Shown here: one piece after another, positions 19,737 through 27,533 of the stretch
How positions within the stretch are numbered: the first letter of the stretch is position 1
Layout: every line of letters begins with the position of its first letter
Assembly: GCF_000023965.1 (NCBI RefSeq)
Contig: NC_013202.1
Location: 1,740,001 to 1,772,000 of the forward strand
Direction of reading: 5' to 3'
Source of the DNA: Halomicrobium mukohataei DSM 12286
Lineage (GTDB): Archaea; Halobacteriota; Halobacteria; Halobacteriales; Haloarculaceae
Length of the DNA stretch: 32,000 nt
The notes under the pieces: generated by a model
Databases searched by the model: none
What the model was told of the DNA's origin: nothing
What the model saw: the letters and a program-made list of their open reading frames with translations, nothing else
Made by a program: the position numbers and the translations under genes

Positions 19737-21251
19737 ATGAGCTGGAAGGACACCGCCGAACCGGTCCTCGTTCGCATGCCCGCCGTCCGCCGGCCTGAGG
19801 GGCACGTCCCCTTCAAGCGGAAGCTGGCCTGGACAGCCGGGGTGCTCGTGCTGTATTTCTTCCTGACCAACGTGATGCTGTTCGGGCTCGACATCGGCTC
19901 GGACTCGGCCCCACTGGGTCGATTCTCGTCGATCCTGGCGTCCGGTCAGGGATCGATCATGCAGCTCGGTATCGGGCCGATCGTCACGGCCAGCATCGTG
20001 TTGCAGCTGCTCGGCGGTGCCGACCTGCTCGGACTCGACACGCAGAACAACCCTCGTGACCAGATCCTCTACCAGGGGCTCCAGAAGCTGCTGGTACTCG
20101 TGATGATCTTCCTCACGGGGCTACCGATGGTCTTTGCCGGCGGCTTCCTGCCGCCGACGTCGGTGAACCTGTTCGGGATGAACCTGAGCGCCGGGGCCAC
20201 TTCGTGGCTCATCTTCGCTCAGATCGCCGTCGGTGGCATCCTCATCCTCTACATGGACGAGATCATCTCCAAGTGGGGGGTCGGGAGCGGGATCGGCCTG
20301 TTCATCATCGCTGGCGTCAGCCAGCAGCTGATCGGTGGTCTGTTCGCGCACCCGATCTTTGGGAGCCCCCAGGGCGAACTCGGGTTCTTCCCGACCTGGT
20401 TCCAGATCATCACCGGCAACATCCCGATCGGTCCCGTCCTGCAGGCCGACGGGCTTCAGGAGCTGCTGATCGGTGAAGGCCAAGTCATCGCGCTCCTGAC
20501 GACGCTGCTCATCTTCGTGGTCGTCGTCTACGCGGAGTCGGTCCGCGTCGAGATCCCGCTGTCGAACGCGCGGGTCAAGGGCGCGCGCGGTCGCTTCCCG
20601 GTGAAGCTCATCTACGCCAGCGTCCTGCCGATGATCCTCGTCCGCGCGCTGCAGGCCAACATCCAGTTCCTCGGCCGGATTCTGGTGTCCCAGACCGGCC
20701 AGAACGGCGTCATCTCGCTGTTCGGAATGGAACTACCGTGGCTCGGCGTCTACTCGATCTCGCAGGGGAGCCCCGCCAGTCCGACCGGCGGGCTCTTCTA
20801 CTACCTGTCGCCGATCTACGCGCCCCAGGACTGGATGTGGTGGGCCTACTCGACGCAGGACCCGCTCAACGTGCTCCTGCGAGTCGGCGTCGACCTGACG
20901 TTCATGATCGTCGGCGGTGCGATCTTCGCCATCTTCTGGGTGGAGACCACCGACATGGGGCCGGAAGCGACGGCCAAGCAGATCCACAACTCCGGGATGC
21001 AGATCCCCGGCTTCCGACAGAACGTCGGCGTCGTCGAGAAGGTACTCGAACGCTACATTCCACAGGTCACCGTCATCGGCGGTGCCCTCGTGGGCCTGCT
21101 CGCCGTGATGGCGAACATGCTGGGTACCGTCGGGGGCGTCTCCGGTACCGGGCTGCTGCTGACGGTCTCGATCACGTACAAGCTGTACGAGGAGATCGCC
21201 GAGGAGCAGCTCATGGAGATGCACCCGATGATGCGCCAGATGTTCGGGTAA
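19737..21251 (+). CDS. secY: Preprotein translocase subunit SecY
   Basis: 504 aa, ten hydrophobic segments. Conserved position after rpl15. Motifs ILASGQGSIMQLGIGPIVTASIVLQLL and GSGIGLFI. Confidence 0.97.
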   Translation: MSWKDTAEPVLVRMPAVRRPEGHVPFKRKLAWTAGVLVLYFFLTNVMLFGLDIGSDSAPLGRFSSILASGQGSIMQLGIGPIVTASIVLQLLGGADLLGLDTQNNPRDQILYQGLQKLLVLVMIFLTGLPMVFAGGFLPPTSVNLFGMNLSAGATSWLIFAQIAVGGILILYMDEIISKWGVGSGIGLFIIAGVSQQLIGGLFAHPIFGSPQGELGFFPTWFQIITGNIPIGPVLQADGLQELLIGEGQVIALLTTLLIFVVVVYAESVRVEIPLSNARVKGARGRFPVKLIYASVLPMILVRALQANIQFLGRILVSQTGQNGVISLFGMELPWLGVYSISQGSPASPTGGLFYYLSPIYAPQDWMWWAYSTQDPLNVLLRVGVDLTFMIVGGAIFAIFWVETTDMGPEATAKQIHNSGMQIPGFRQNVGVVEKVLERYIPQVTVIGGALVGLLAVMANMLGTVGGVSGTGLLLTVSITYKLYEEIAEEQLMEMHPMMRQMFG

Positions 21252-21271
21252 CTCTCACACGCTTCTGTCGA

Positions 21272-21299
21272 CGCCCCGGCTCTGGGGCGATCTTTCTCG
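21272..21299 (+). terminator. Candidate operon terminator after secY
   Basis: Hairpin cgcccc-ggctct-ggggcg (21272-21289), followed by the T-rich atctttctc. Two more hairpins follow: 21337-21357 (9-bp stem gtcgccacg/cgtggcgac) and 21367-21382 (ctccgc/gcggag). Confidence 0.4.
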
Positions 21300-21436
21300 C
21301 CGAACACGAATAGCTCCGCCAATATCTCGGAGAGGTGTCGCCACGGGACGTGGCGACTGAACCGTTCTCCGCGGCAGCGGAGCGTTCGCGGTTCGTCTAC
21401 CAGTACCTATTTGTCGAACGTTGGCAACGAGATGCT

Positions 21437-21931
21437 ATGGGACAGGCAGACGTTACGTGTACGAAGTGTGGGACTGCGTTCCAGGTCGACACTCGCTACT
21501 TTCAGATATACGGCGAGGAGCCGTTCTGTCAGGACTGCCTGATCCACACGGAGTGCCAGTCCTGTGGCCGTGGGCTGCGTCTCCAGCCGTCGCGGTATCA
21601 GGAACTCGGTGGCAATCCGGTCGTCTGTACTGACTGTGATGGAGGGCAGCCCGCAGTATCCACTTCGCAGACTTCGACGAGTGGAGCGCCTTCGACACGA
21701 TCCTCGGCAAGTGGGACGTCTTCGACGCAGACTTCCACCAGTGGGACGTTCTGGTCTGGCCTGAGCATCGGCGAGAAGATCGTCTTCCCGATCCTGCTGG
21801 CTGGATTCGTCGGGATGGTCGCTCTCGCACTTCTGGCGAACGCGAACGGCGGCGAGTTCGCGTCGCCGGCCATCGGCGGCGTCGGATTCTTGCTGTTCTG
21901 GTTGTACCGCCGGGGCAAGAAGAACCGTTGA
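21437..21931 (+). CDS. Hypothetical double zinc-ribbon / Ser-Thr-rich linker / two-TM membrane protein
   Basis: 164 aa from the ATG at 21437: CTKCG...CQDC and CQSCG...CTDC, then TSQTSTSGAPSTRSSASGTSSTQTSTSGT, then two hydrophobic helices and a basic tail RRGKKNR. The longer GTG-initiated ORF (21335) covers hairpin-rich sequence. A TATA-like ctattt lies about 27 nt upstream of 21437. Confidence 0.6.
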   Translation: MGQADVTCTKCGTAFQVDTRYFQIYGEEPFCQDCLIHTECQSCGRGLRLQPSRYQELGGNPVVCTDCDGGQPAVSTSQTSTSGAPSTRSSASGTSSTQTSTSGTFWSGLSIGEKIVFPILLAGFVGMVALALLANANGGEFASPAIGGVGFLLFWLYRRGKKNR

Positions 21932-22040
21932 GGGTGTATCTATGGGTTGGTGTGGGGGTCTCGTAGGTATTTGCCCCGGATTGGTCGGGAACGTGGATGC
22001 GGCCACACCTTTTTCGCGGTTCGGGACTGTACGCCTCGAC

Positions 22041-22565
22041 ATGGAGCAGTTCGTCGCCGAGAACCTCGACTACTACGCGGAGACGCAGGGTGTGTTGCCC
22101 GAACGGCTCGACGCCTTCGGCGAGACGTACCGCGAGCAGGGGTACCTGACCCGCGACCAGCTCTACGAGATCGCCTACGAGTCCTCGACGCGCAGCGCCT
22201 ACCACGTCGAGTCGAATCCGGAAGACCGCTGCCGAGAAGTCACGCGCAACGTCCGGACTGTCGACGGTGATTTCTCGAAGATCCAGCTACTCACTGGGCT
22301 CAGCGGCTTCAAAGCCCCGACCGCGTCGTGCGTGCTCGCCGCGCTCGACGGCGACCGCCACGCCGTCGTCGACACGCGCGTCTGGGCGTCCCTGGAGCGG
22401 ACGGGGTACCTGGAGGGGCGCAAGGAGTCGTTCGACGCGGCCGACTACGTGACGATGATCGAGCCGATCAGAGCTATCGCCGACGAGACGGGGTATCGAC
22501 CGGTCGAGGTCGGCTACGCGCTGTTCGCCCACGACGACCGCGTCCGCGAGGGAACGCTCCACTGA
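22041..22565 (+). CDS. Hypothetical protein, possibly helix-hairpin-helix / OGG-fold-like
   Basis: 174 aa from MEQFVAENLDYY. The segment LLTGLSGFKAPTASCVLAALDGDRHAVVDTRVW resembles the HhH segment of the glycosylase-fold family. Assigned from memory of the motif only. Confidence 0.5.
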   Translation: MEQFVAENLDYYAETQGVLPERLDAFGETYREQGYLTRDQLYEIAYESSTRSAYHVESNPEDRCREVTRNVRTVDGDFSKIQLLTGLSGFKAPTASCVLAALDGDRHAVVDTRVWASLERTGYLEGRKESFDAADYVTMIEPIRAIADETGYRPVEVGYALFAHDDRVREGTLH

Positions 22566-22572
22566 CCGGCGA

Positions 22573-24069
22573 TCACGACTCGGAGCGGCCTGCCGGGAGA
22601 TCGAGGGCGGACAGATCGAGTTCGCGGACCAGCGCTGCGGCGTCGTCGAACGGCGTCTGGACCGACCGCTCGCTGCCGGGTCTGTCCCGGTCGGCGTGTG
22701 CGTACAGCGCGTCGACGAACGCCGACCGAATCTGCTCGTTCTCGAAGAGGCCGTGGAGATAGGTGCCGAGCACGTCCTGGGTCGCGGCGCTGTCGGGTCC
22801 GAGTGGCCGGTGGGCCGACGCTGCGACGCTCGTCTCCCCCATGTGGATCTCGTAGCCCGAGGCCGTCCCGGTCGCACCGTCGATCGGGCCGACGCCGTCG
22901 ACCGGGACGCTGACCTGCTCTACGCGCTTGGTCTCGCTGAATCGGGTTTCGACCGGGAGGCGGCTGACGCCCGCGACGGTCTCCGTGTCGCCGGTGCCTT
23001 CGACGCTGGCGTTCGTGATCCGCTCGCCCAGCAGCTGGTAGCCGCCACAGAGTCCGACGATCGGGCCGGAAAACGTCCGGATTGCCTCGTCGAGGCCGGC
23101 CTCACACAGCGCCAGCAGGTCGTCGACGGTGTTTTTCGTGCCGGGGAGGACGAGCCCGTCGATCCGGTCCAGCGTCCCATCGAGTGGGAGGTAGGCGATC
23201 CGGACGCCGGGCACGGCGGCCAGCGGTTCGAGGTCGGTGAAATTCGAGATGTGGGGCAGTCGGGGGACGCCGACCGTGACGGTCGCCGCTTCCGGGACGC
23301 CGTCGTCGGCACCGACGACGGCCCGCTGGTCCCCGGCGGGCAGCGAGAGGCTGTCTTCCGCCGGCAGGCCGGGATCGTCGTAGGGGAGCACGCCGAGGAC
23401 CGGGACGCCGGTCCGGGCTTCGAGTTCGTCGATCCCGTCTTCGAGGAGCGTCGGGTCGCCCCGGAACTTCGTGATCGCGACTCCGGCGATCCGCTCTCGG
23501 ATGGCCTCCGGCGCGAGTTCGAGCGTCCCGTAGAGGCTGGCGAAGACACCGCCTCGCTCGATGTCTCCGAGCAGGAGGACGCTTGCGTCTGTAAAGCGCG
23601 CGGTCTCGACGTTGGCGAGGTCCCGGTCCTGGAGGTTGATCTCGGCGGCGCTGCCGGCTCCCTCGGCGACGATCACGCTGTACTCGTCTCTCAGTCGCTC
23701 GTAGGCGTCTCTGGCCGCGCTGCGAGCGTGCTCCCAGTGGTCGTCGTAGTAGGTCCGGGCCTCGTAGTGACCGACCGCCTCGCCGTCGATCACGAGCTGG
23801 CTCTCCCCGTCACCACGGGGCTTCAGCAGGACCGGATTCGCGTCCGTCGTCGGTGTGATCCCGGCGGCGCGGGCCTGGACGTACTGCGAGACGCCGATCT
23901 CTCCCCAGTCGCCGTCGGGCGTCGGCACCGCGCGGGCGTTGTTGCTCATGTTCTGGGCTTTGAACGGCGCGACGGAGACGCCCCGGTCTGCCAGCAGTCG
24001 GCACAGTCCCGCGACGACGGTGCTCTTGCCGACGTGACTCGCGGTTCCGGCGACGAGGATCGTCGTCAT
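22573..24069 (-). CDS. cobQ: Cobyric acid synthase (CobQ/CbiP)
   Basis: 498 aa. N-terminal P-loop [22 protein letters not shown], and a C-terminal glutamine amidotransferase with [10 protein letters not shown]. Confidence 0.93.
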   Translation of the reverse strand: MTTILVAGTASHVGKSTVVAGLCRLLADRGVSVAPFKAQNMSNNARAVPTPDGDWGEIGVSQYVQARAAGITPTTDANPVLLKPRGDGESQLVIDGEAVGHYEARTYYDDHWEHARSAARDAYERLRDEYSVIVAEGAGSAAEINLQDRDLANVETARFTDASVLLLGDIERGGVFASLYGTLELAPEAIRERIAGVAITKFRGDPTLLEDGIDELEARTGVPVLGVLPYDDPGLPAEDSLSLPAGDQRAVVGADDGVPEAATVTVGVPRLPHISNFTDLEPLAAVPGVRIAYLPLDGTLDRIDGLVLPGTKNTVDDLLALCEAGLDEAIRTFSGPIVGLCGGYQLLGERITNASVEGTGDTETVAGVSRLPVETRFSETKRVEQVSVPVDGVGPIDGATGTASGYEIHMGETSVAASAHRPLGPDSAATQDVLGTYLHGLFENEQIRSAFVDALYAHADRDRPGSERSVQTPFDDAAALVRELDLSALDLPAGRSES

Positions 24070-25364
24070 ATGGCGTCGAGGAAGCGATCGAAGGCACCGC
24101 TCTCGGGGTGGCAGTGGCAGTACGTGCCCACCGTTCGATACTCAGTGAGGCCGTCGCTCCCGTCCGCGATCCCGTCGCCCCGCGCTACGTCGAACGCGAA
24201 GGTGGCGTCTCGGCCGACGGTCGCACTGGAGTAGTGAAACTCGTGGCCGCGTCGGCGCTGTCCCGCTCCGGCCGTGAGCGTGTCTCTCTCGGCGGCCAGC
24301 TCGACGTGGTCGAGCGCCTGATAGCGGTCGTGCATCGTGACCGTCGCGGGGAGGACGCCGGCCATCGAGTGAGTGTCGCCGTCGGTCGTCGTCAGCGTCT
24401 CGGCCAGCGCCATCAGCCCACCGCACTCGCCGTAGACGGGGAGCCCGTCTGCCGCTCGGCGGGCGAGCGTATCGAGTGCGGGGCTGTCTGCCAGCGCGTC
24501 GCCGTGGCGTTCCGGATAGCCGCCGGGGAGGTAGACGCCGTCGCAGTCGGGCAGCGGGTCGTCCGCCGTCGGAGCGAACGTCGTCACGTCGGCGCGTTCC
24601 CGGAGTCGCTCGACGGTGGCTGGGTAGTAGAACTGGAACGCCTCGTCACGGGCGACGGCGACGCGCTTCTCCGTCGCCGGGCCCGCCGGCTCGGGGTCCG
24701 GTCGGGGCGGCACAGTGGCGATCTCGGCGAGGCGCTCCGTACGGAGGTGCGCTCCGGCCTCGGCGAGCGCCTCCTCTCCGAGCGGTGCCTCCGCGCCCAT
24801 GTGGAGCCCGAGGTGGCGATCCGGGATCTCCAGGTCCTCTCGGGGCGGGATGCGACCGAAGTACTCGATGCCCTCGGGCAACGCCTCGCGGATGCCGTCG
24901 GCGTGGCGACCGCCGTGGGCGCGCTGGGCGATCACGCCCGCGACGTCGATCTCGCGGCCGATCGACGCGGCGTACCGCTGGAACCCCAGCGCCGTCGCGG
25001 CGACGCTCTCCATCCCGGCCTTCGCGTCGACGACGAGGACGACCGGCAGCGCCAGCGTCTCTGCGACCATCGCCGTACTCGAACAATCGCCGTCGTACAG
25101 CCCCATGACGCCCTCGACGACGCAGATGTCGCCGTCGCCCCGATAGTAGTTGCGCCGGAGCCCGGTCTCGCCTTCGAGCCACCGGTCGAGCGTGCGGGAT
25201 GGACGACCGGCAACGTGCTCGTGATGGCTGGGATCGATGAAGTCGGGGCCGGCCTTGGCCGGCTGGACCGCGTAGCCGGCGTCGTCGAGCGCCCGAATCG
25301 TGGCCAGCGTCGCGACAGTCTTGCCGACGCCCGAACTCGTTCCGCCCAGGACGAACCCGTTCAT
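24066..25364 (-). CDS. cbiA: Cobyrinic acid a,c-diamide synthase (CbiA/CobB)
   Basis: 432 aa. [11 protein letters not shown]-loop, [12 protein letters not shown], and GATase ECGGLMAL. 4-nt overlap with cobQ. Confidence 0.92.
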   Translation of the reverse strand: MNGFVLGGTSSGVGKTVATLATIRALDDAGYAVQPAKAGPDFIDPSHHEHVAGRPSRTLDRWLEGETGLRRNYYRGDGDICVVEGVMGLYDGDCSSTAMVAETLALPVVLVVDAKAGMESVAATALGFQRYAASIGREIDVAGVIAQRAHGGRHADGIREALPEGIEYFGRIPPREDLEIPDRHLGLHMGAEAPLGEEALAEAGAHLRTERLAEIATVPPRPDPEPAGPATEKRVAVARDEAFQFYYPATVERLRERADVTTFAPTADDPLPDCDGVYLPGGYPERHGDALADSPALDTLARRAADGLPVYGECGGLMALAETLTTTDGDTHSMAGVLPATVTMHDRYQALDHVELAAERDTLTAGAGQRRRGHEFHYSSATVGRDATFAFDVARGDGIADGSDGLTEYRTVGTYCHCHPESGAFDRFLDAI

Positions 25365-25406
25365 CTGTCTGGTAGCACCAATACACTATGGTTAGCACAA
25401 ACTGAC

Positions 25407-25414
25407 TTTAATTA
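25407..25414 (-). promoter_or_regulatory. Candidate TATA box for cbiA-cobQ
   Basis: tttaatta lies in an AT-rich patch about 45 nt upstream of the cbiA ATG (25364). Confidence 0.35.
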
Positions 25415-25740
25415 GTCGGTGTCGGTCGACGCCCGTCGAGGGCCGTTCGGTGCCAGCCGACGACGAACACCGACGGCTGGCCTCGCCGGCACGGCCTCGG
25501 GCACGGGCGGGCGCGGCGCTCGACACGCCCGGCGGTGTGTCGCCCGCTGGGGAGGGTCGTCGCCGTGTTTCCCATCGTCTCCGGAGCGTCGCGGCAGGTG
25601 GACCGAGACCGTCTCCGTGTCTGCCGACGACCGCAACTGTCCCTCCTCGGAGATCGCGATTCGGACTCAAAAGCTGTTCTGCCGCCCTATGCCGTCGTCT
25701 GCGACGATCACCGATCGCCGCCGTGATCCCGGTGACCGCA

Positions 25741-25807
25741 ACTTATTTGATCCTCCCATCCATCGACAATAGCAAGCACAATTGGTGTAGTACAACTACA
25801 CTTGTAC
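25741..25807 (+). promoter_or_regulatory. Candidate cbiX promoter/operator region with overlapping palindromes
   Basis: AT-rich acttatttga (25741-25750). Inverted repeats gtgtagt-aca-actacac (25785-25801) and gtacaa-ctacac-ttgtac (25790-25807) end 18 nt before the ATG at 25825. Confidence 0.3.
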
Positions 25808-25824
25808 CACCCTCTCCTCAACAG

Positions 25825-26613
25825 ATGACTTCCGACGCACTCCTCCTCATCGGCCGGCGCACGACACACGCTCAGGCGACGTTCGAGACCCACGCGGCTC
25901 GTCTCGAAGACCGCGGCTTCGTCGACGAGGTTCACGTGTGTACTTTCGAGAGCGAGCCGATCCGCGAACTCCGCGATCAGTTCGAAGCGGTCTCGGCCGA
26001 TCGGGTGTTCGCCGTGCCGATGTGTGTCGCCCACTCCTACGCGACGCTGGACGACCTCCCGGCCGCGCTCACGCACGTCTCCGGAGATGTGCGCTACTGT
26101 GAACCCCTCGGTGAGAGCCCGGTGGTGACGGAGGTGCTGCGAAGCCGTGCCACCGACGCGATGCCCGCCACGGAGCCCACTTCGCTGGCGCTCGTCGGTT
26201 TCGGCAGCAGCTCGAAGCCCCACCACAGACAGACGGCGGAGTACCACGCCGCCCGCATCGCCGAGCAGTCGGCCTACGACGAGGTCGAGACCTGCTATCT
26301 CCTCCAGAACCCGACCGTCGAATGCGTCCGCTACAACCTCCGCAACGAACGCGCCGTCGCCGTGCCGCTCTTTTTCACGCGGAGCGAGGCCACGGAGCGA
26401 CGGATTCCCGAGGCCCTCGAACTGGACCGCGGCGGGATCGAGTACGCCGAACCGCTGGGCGAGCACCCGCGGATCACCGACGCCATCCGCGCGGCGGTCG
26501 AGCAACAGCGCGTCCTGGCCGACGGCGACGCCGCGACGCCGACGGCCTCGACGGCCCAGCCCAGACCGGTCGCCACCGACGGCGACGGGCGCTCCACGCC
26601 GCCGAACAACTGA
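25825..26613 (+). CDS. cbiX: CbiX-like class II chelatase (sirohydrochlorin cobaltochelatase family), tandem two-domain form
   Basis: 262 aa from MTSDALLLIGRR. Two internally similar halves: LLLIG...DEVHVC...FAVPM...DLPAAL and LALVG...DEVETC...VAVPL...RIPEAL. The supplied ORF (25450..) is an in-frame upstream extension through Arg/Pro-rich non-coding-looking sequence. Confidence 0.75.
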   Translation: MTSDALLLIGRRTTHAQATFETHAARLEDRGFVDEVHVCTFESEPIRELRDQFEAVSADRVFAVPMCVAHSYATLDDLPAALTHVSGDVRYCEPLGESPVVTEVLRSRATDAMPATEPTSLALVGFGSSSKPHHRQTAEYHAARIAEQSAYDEVETCYLLQNPTVECVRYNLRNERAVAVPLFFTRSEATERRIPEALELDRGGIEYAEPLGEHPRITDAIRAAVEQQRVLADGDAATPTASTAQPRPVATDGDGRSTPPNN

Positions 26614-26694
26614 TACGGAGGGTTGTAGGCGTTTACCCAGTCGACCGCACGACGGCGTGCGGTCGATCTGGTAGAGACCTACAACTTTCCGTAT
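26613..26694. repeat. 82-nt nested imperfect palindrome (long hairpin) in the convergent cbiX/cbiE spacer
   Basis: ATACGGA-gg-GTTGTAGG-cgtttacccag-TCGACCGCAC-gacggc-GTGCGGTCGA-tctggtagaga-CCTACAAC-tt-TCCGTAT. Three perfect stems of 7, 8 and 10 bp, with partial pairing in the internal segment. Confidence 0.8.
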
Positions 26695-26774
26695 GACACC
26701 GCCGCTTATGGCGCGACGGCTCCGACCCTGGTGACGCTCGCGCAGAAATAGCGGAGACGGCGGTGACGACCCGC

Positions 26775-27533
26775 CTACTCCGTTCGCACGGCCAGCACGG
26801 AGAGATCGGAGAACGGCGTCGCGTCCGGATCGCTGCCCCCGGCGTGGTTCGCCAGTTCGCCGAGCGTCGTCGCCGTCCGCGCCTCCTCGTCGTGAGTCAG
26901 GTGCTCGAAGACGAGCGCCTCCAGCGACGGGTCCGCGCCCGCGTCGAGCAGTTCGGCGGCGATATCGCCGGGCATCCAGTCGTAGGGTCGGGGCAACACC
27001 AGCAGGTGCCGCCGGCCGGCGTCGGCGCGCAACCGATCGAGGTCGGGCGTCACGTCGCCGCTCTTGTGCAGCGTGACGAACGTCGTCGCCTCCATCGGCG
27101 TGCGCGCACGGCTGGCGGCGACCTGTAGCGAGGAGATACCGGGAACGACGGTGACCGGGCGGTCGACCGCACGCTGGACCTTCCCGACGAACTGGTAGCC
27201 CGAGTGGTTGGGATCGCCCATCAACAGCGCCGTCCCGGACTCGCCGTCGGCCACGCGCTCCGCGAAGCGATCGAGCGTCTCGCTCTCGTCCCGGTAGCCA
27301 CAGGTCAGCGCGTCGCCCTCGATCACCTCGCCGACGAACTCGACGACGGTCTCGAAGCCGACGACCACGTCGGCCTCGCGGATCGCGCGCTCACCCCGCG
27401 GCGTGAGGTAGTCGGGGTTGCCCGGACCGATGCCCACCGCGTAGACGGGATCGACGGGCGACTCGACTTCCGGCGTCGCCGCGGCGAACGCGGCCGGATC
27501 GGGGCCGGCGTCGAGGTCGTAGTCGTCGCTCAT
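26775..27533 (-). CDS. cbiE: Cobalt-precorrin-7 (C5)-methyltransferase / precorrin-6Y methylase (CbiE)
   Basis: 252 aa. Tetrapyrrole methylase motif VYAVGIGPGNPDYLTPRG and GDPNHSG. Has a roughly 30 aa acidic N-terminal extension. ATGA overlap with the cbiC stop. Confidence 0.85.
   Translation of the reverse strand: MSDDYDLDAGPDPAAFAAATPEVESPVDPVYAVGIGPGNPDYLTPRGERAIREADVVVGFETVVEFVGEVIEGDALTCGYRDESETLDRFAERVADGESGTALLMGDPNHSGYQFVGKVQRAVDRPVTVVPGISSLQVAASRARTPMEATTFVTLHKSGDVTPDLDRLRADAGRRHLLVLPRPYDWMPGDIAAELLDAGADPSLEALVFEHLTHDEEARTATTLGELANHAGGSDPDATPFSDLSVLAVRTE

Noticed and set aside
21335-21436. GTG-initiated N-terminal extension of the zinc-ribbon protein
   Set aside because: The segment is occupied by two strong hairpins (21337-21357 and 21367-21382), and a TATA-like motif lies about 27 nt before the ATG at 21437. 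It is more consistent with terminator or promoter DNA than with coding sequence.
25365-25824. Possible cobalamin riboswitch upstream of cbiX or cbiA
   Set aside because: I could not find the B12-box or the conserved cobalamin-riboswitch core by eye, and to my knowledge this riboswitch class has not been described in Archaea. I kept the region only as a spacer of unknown function.
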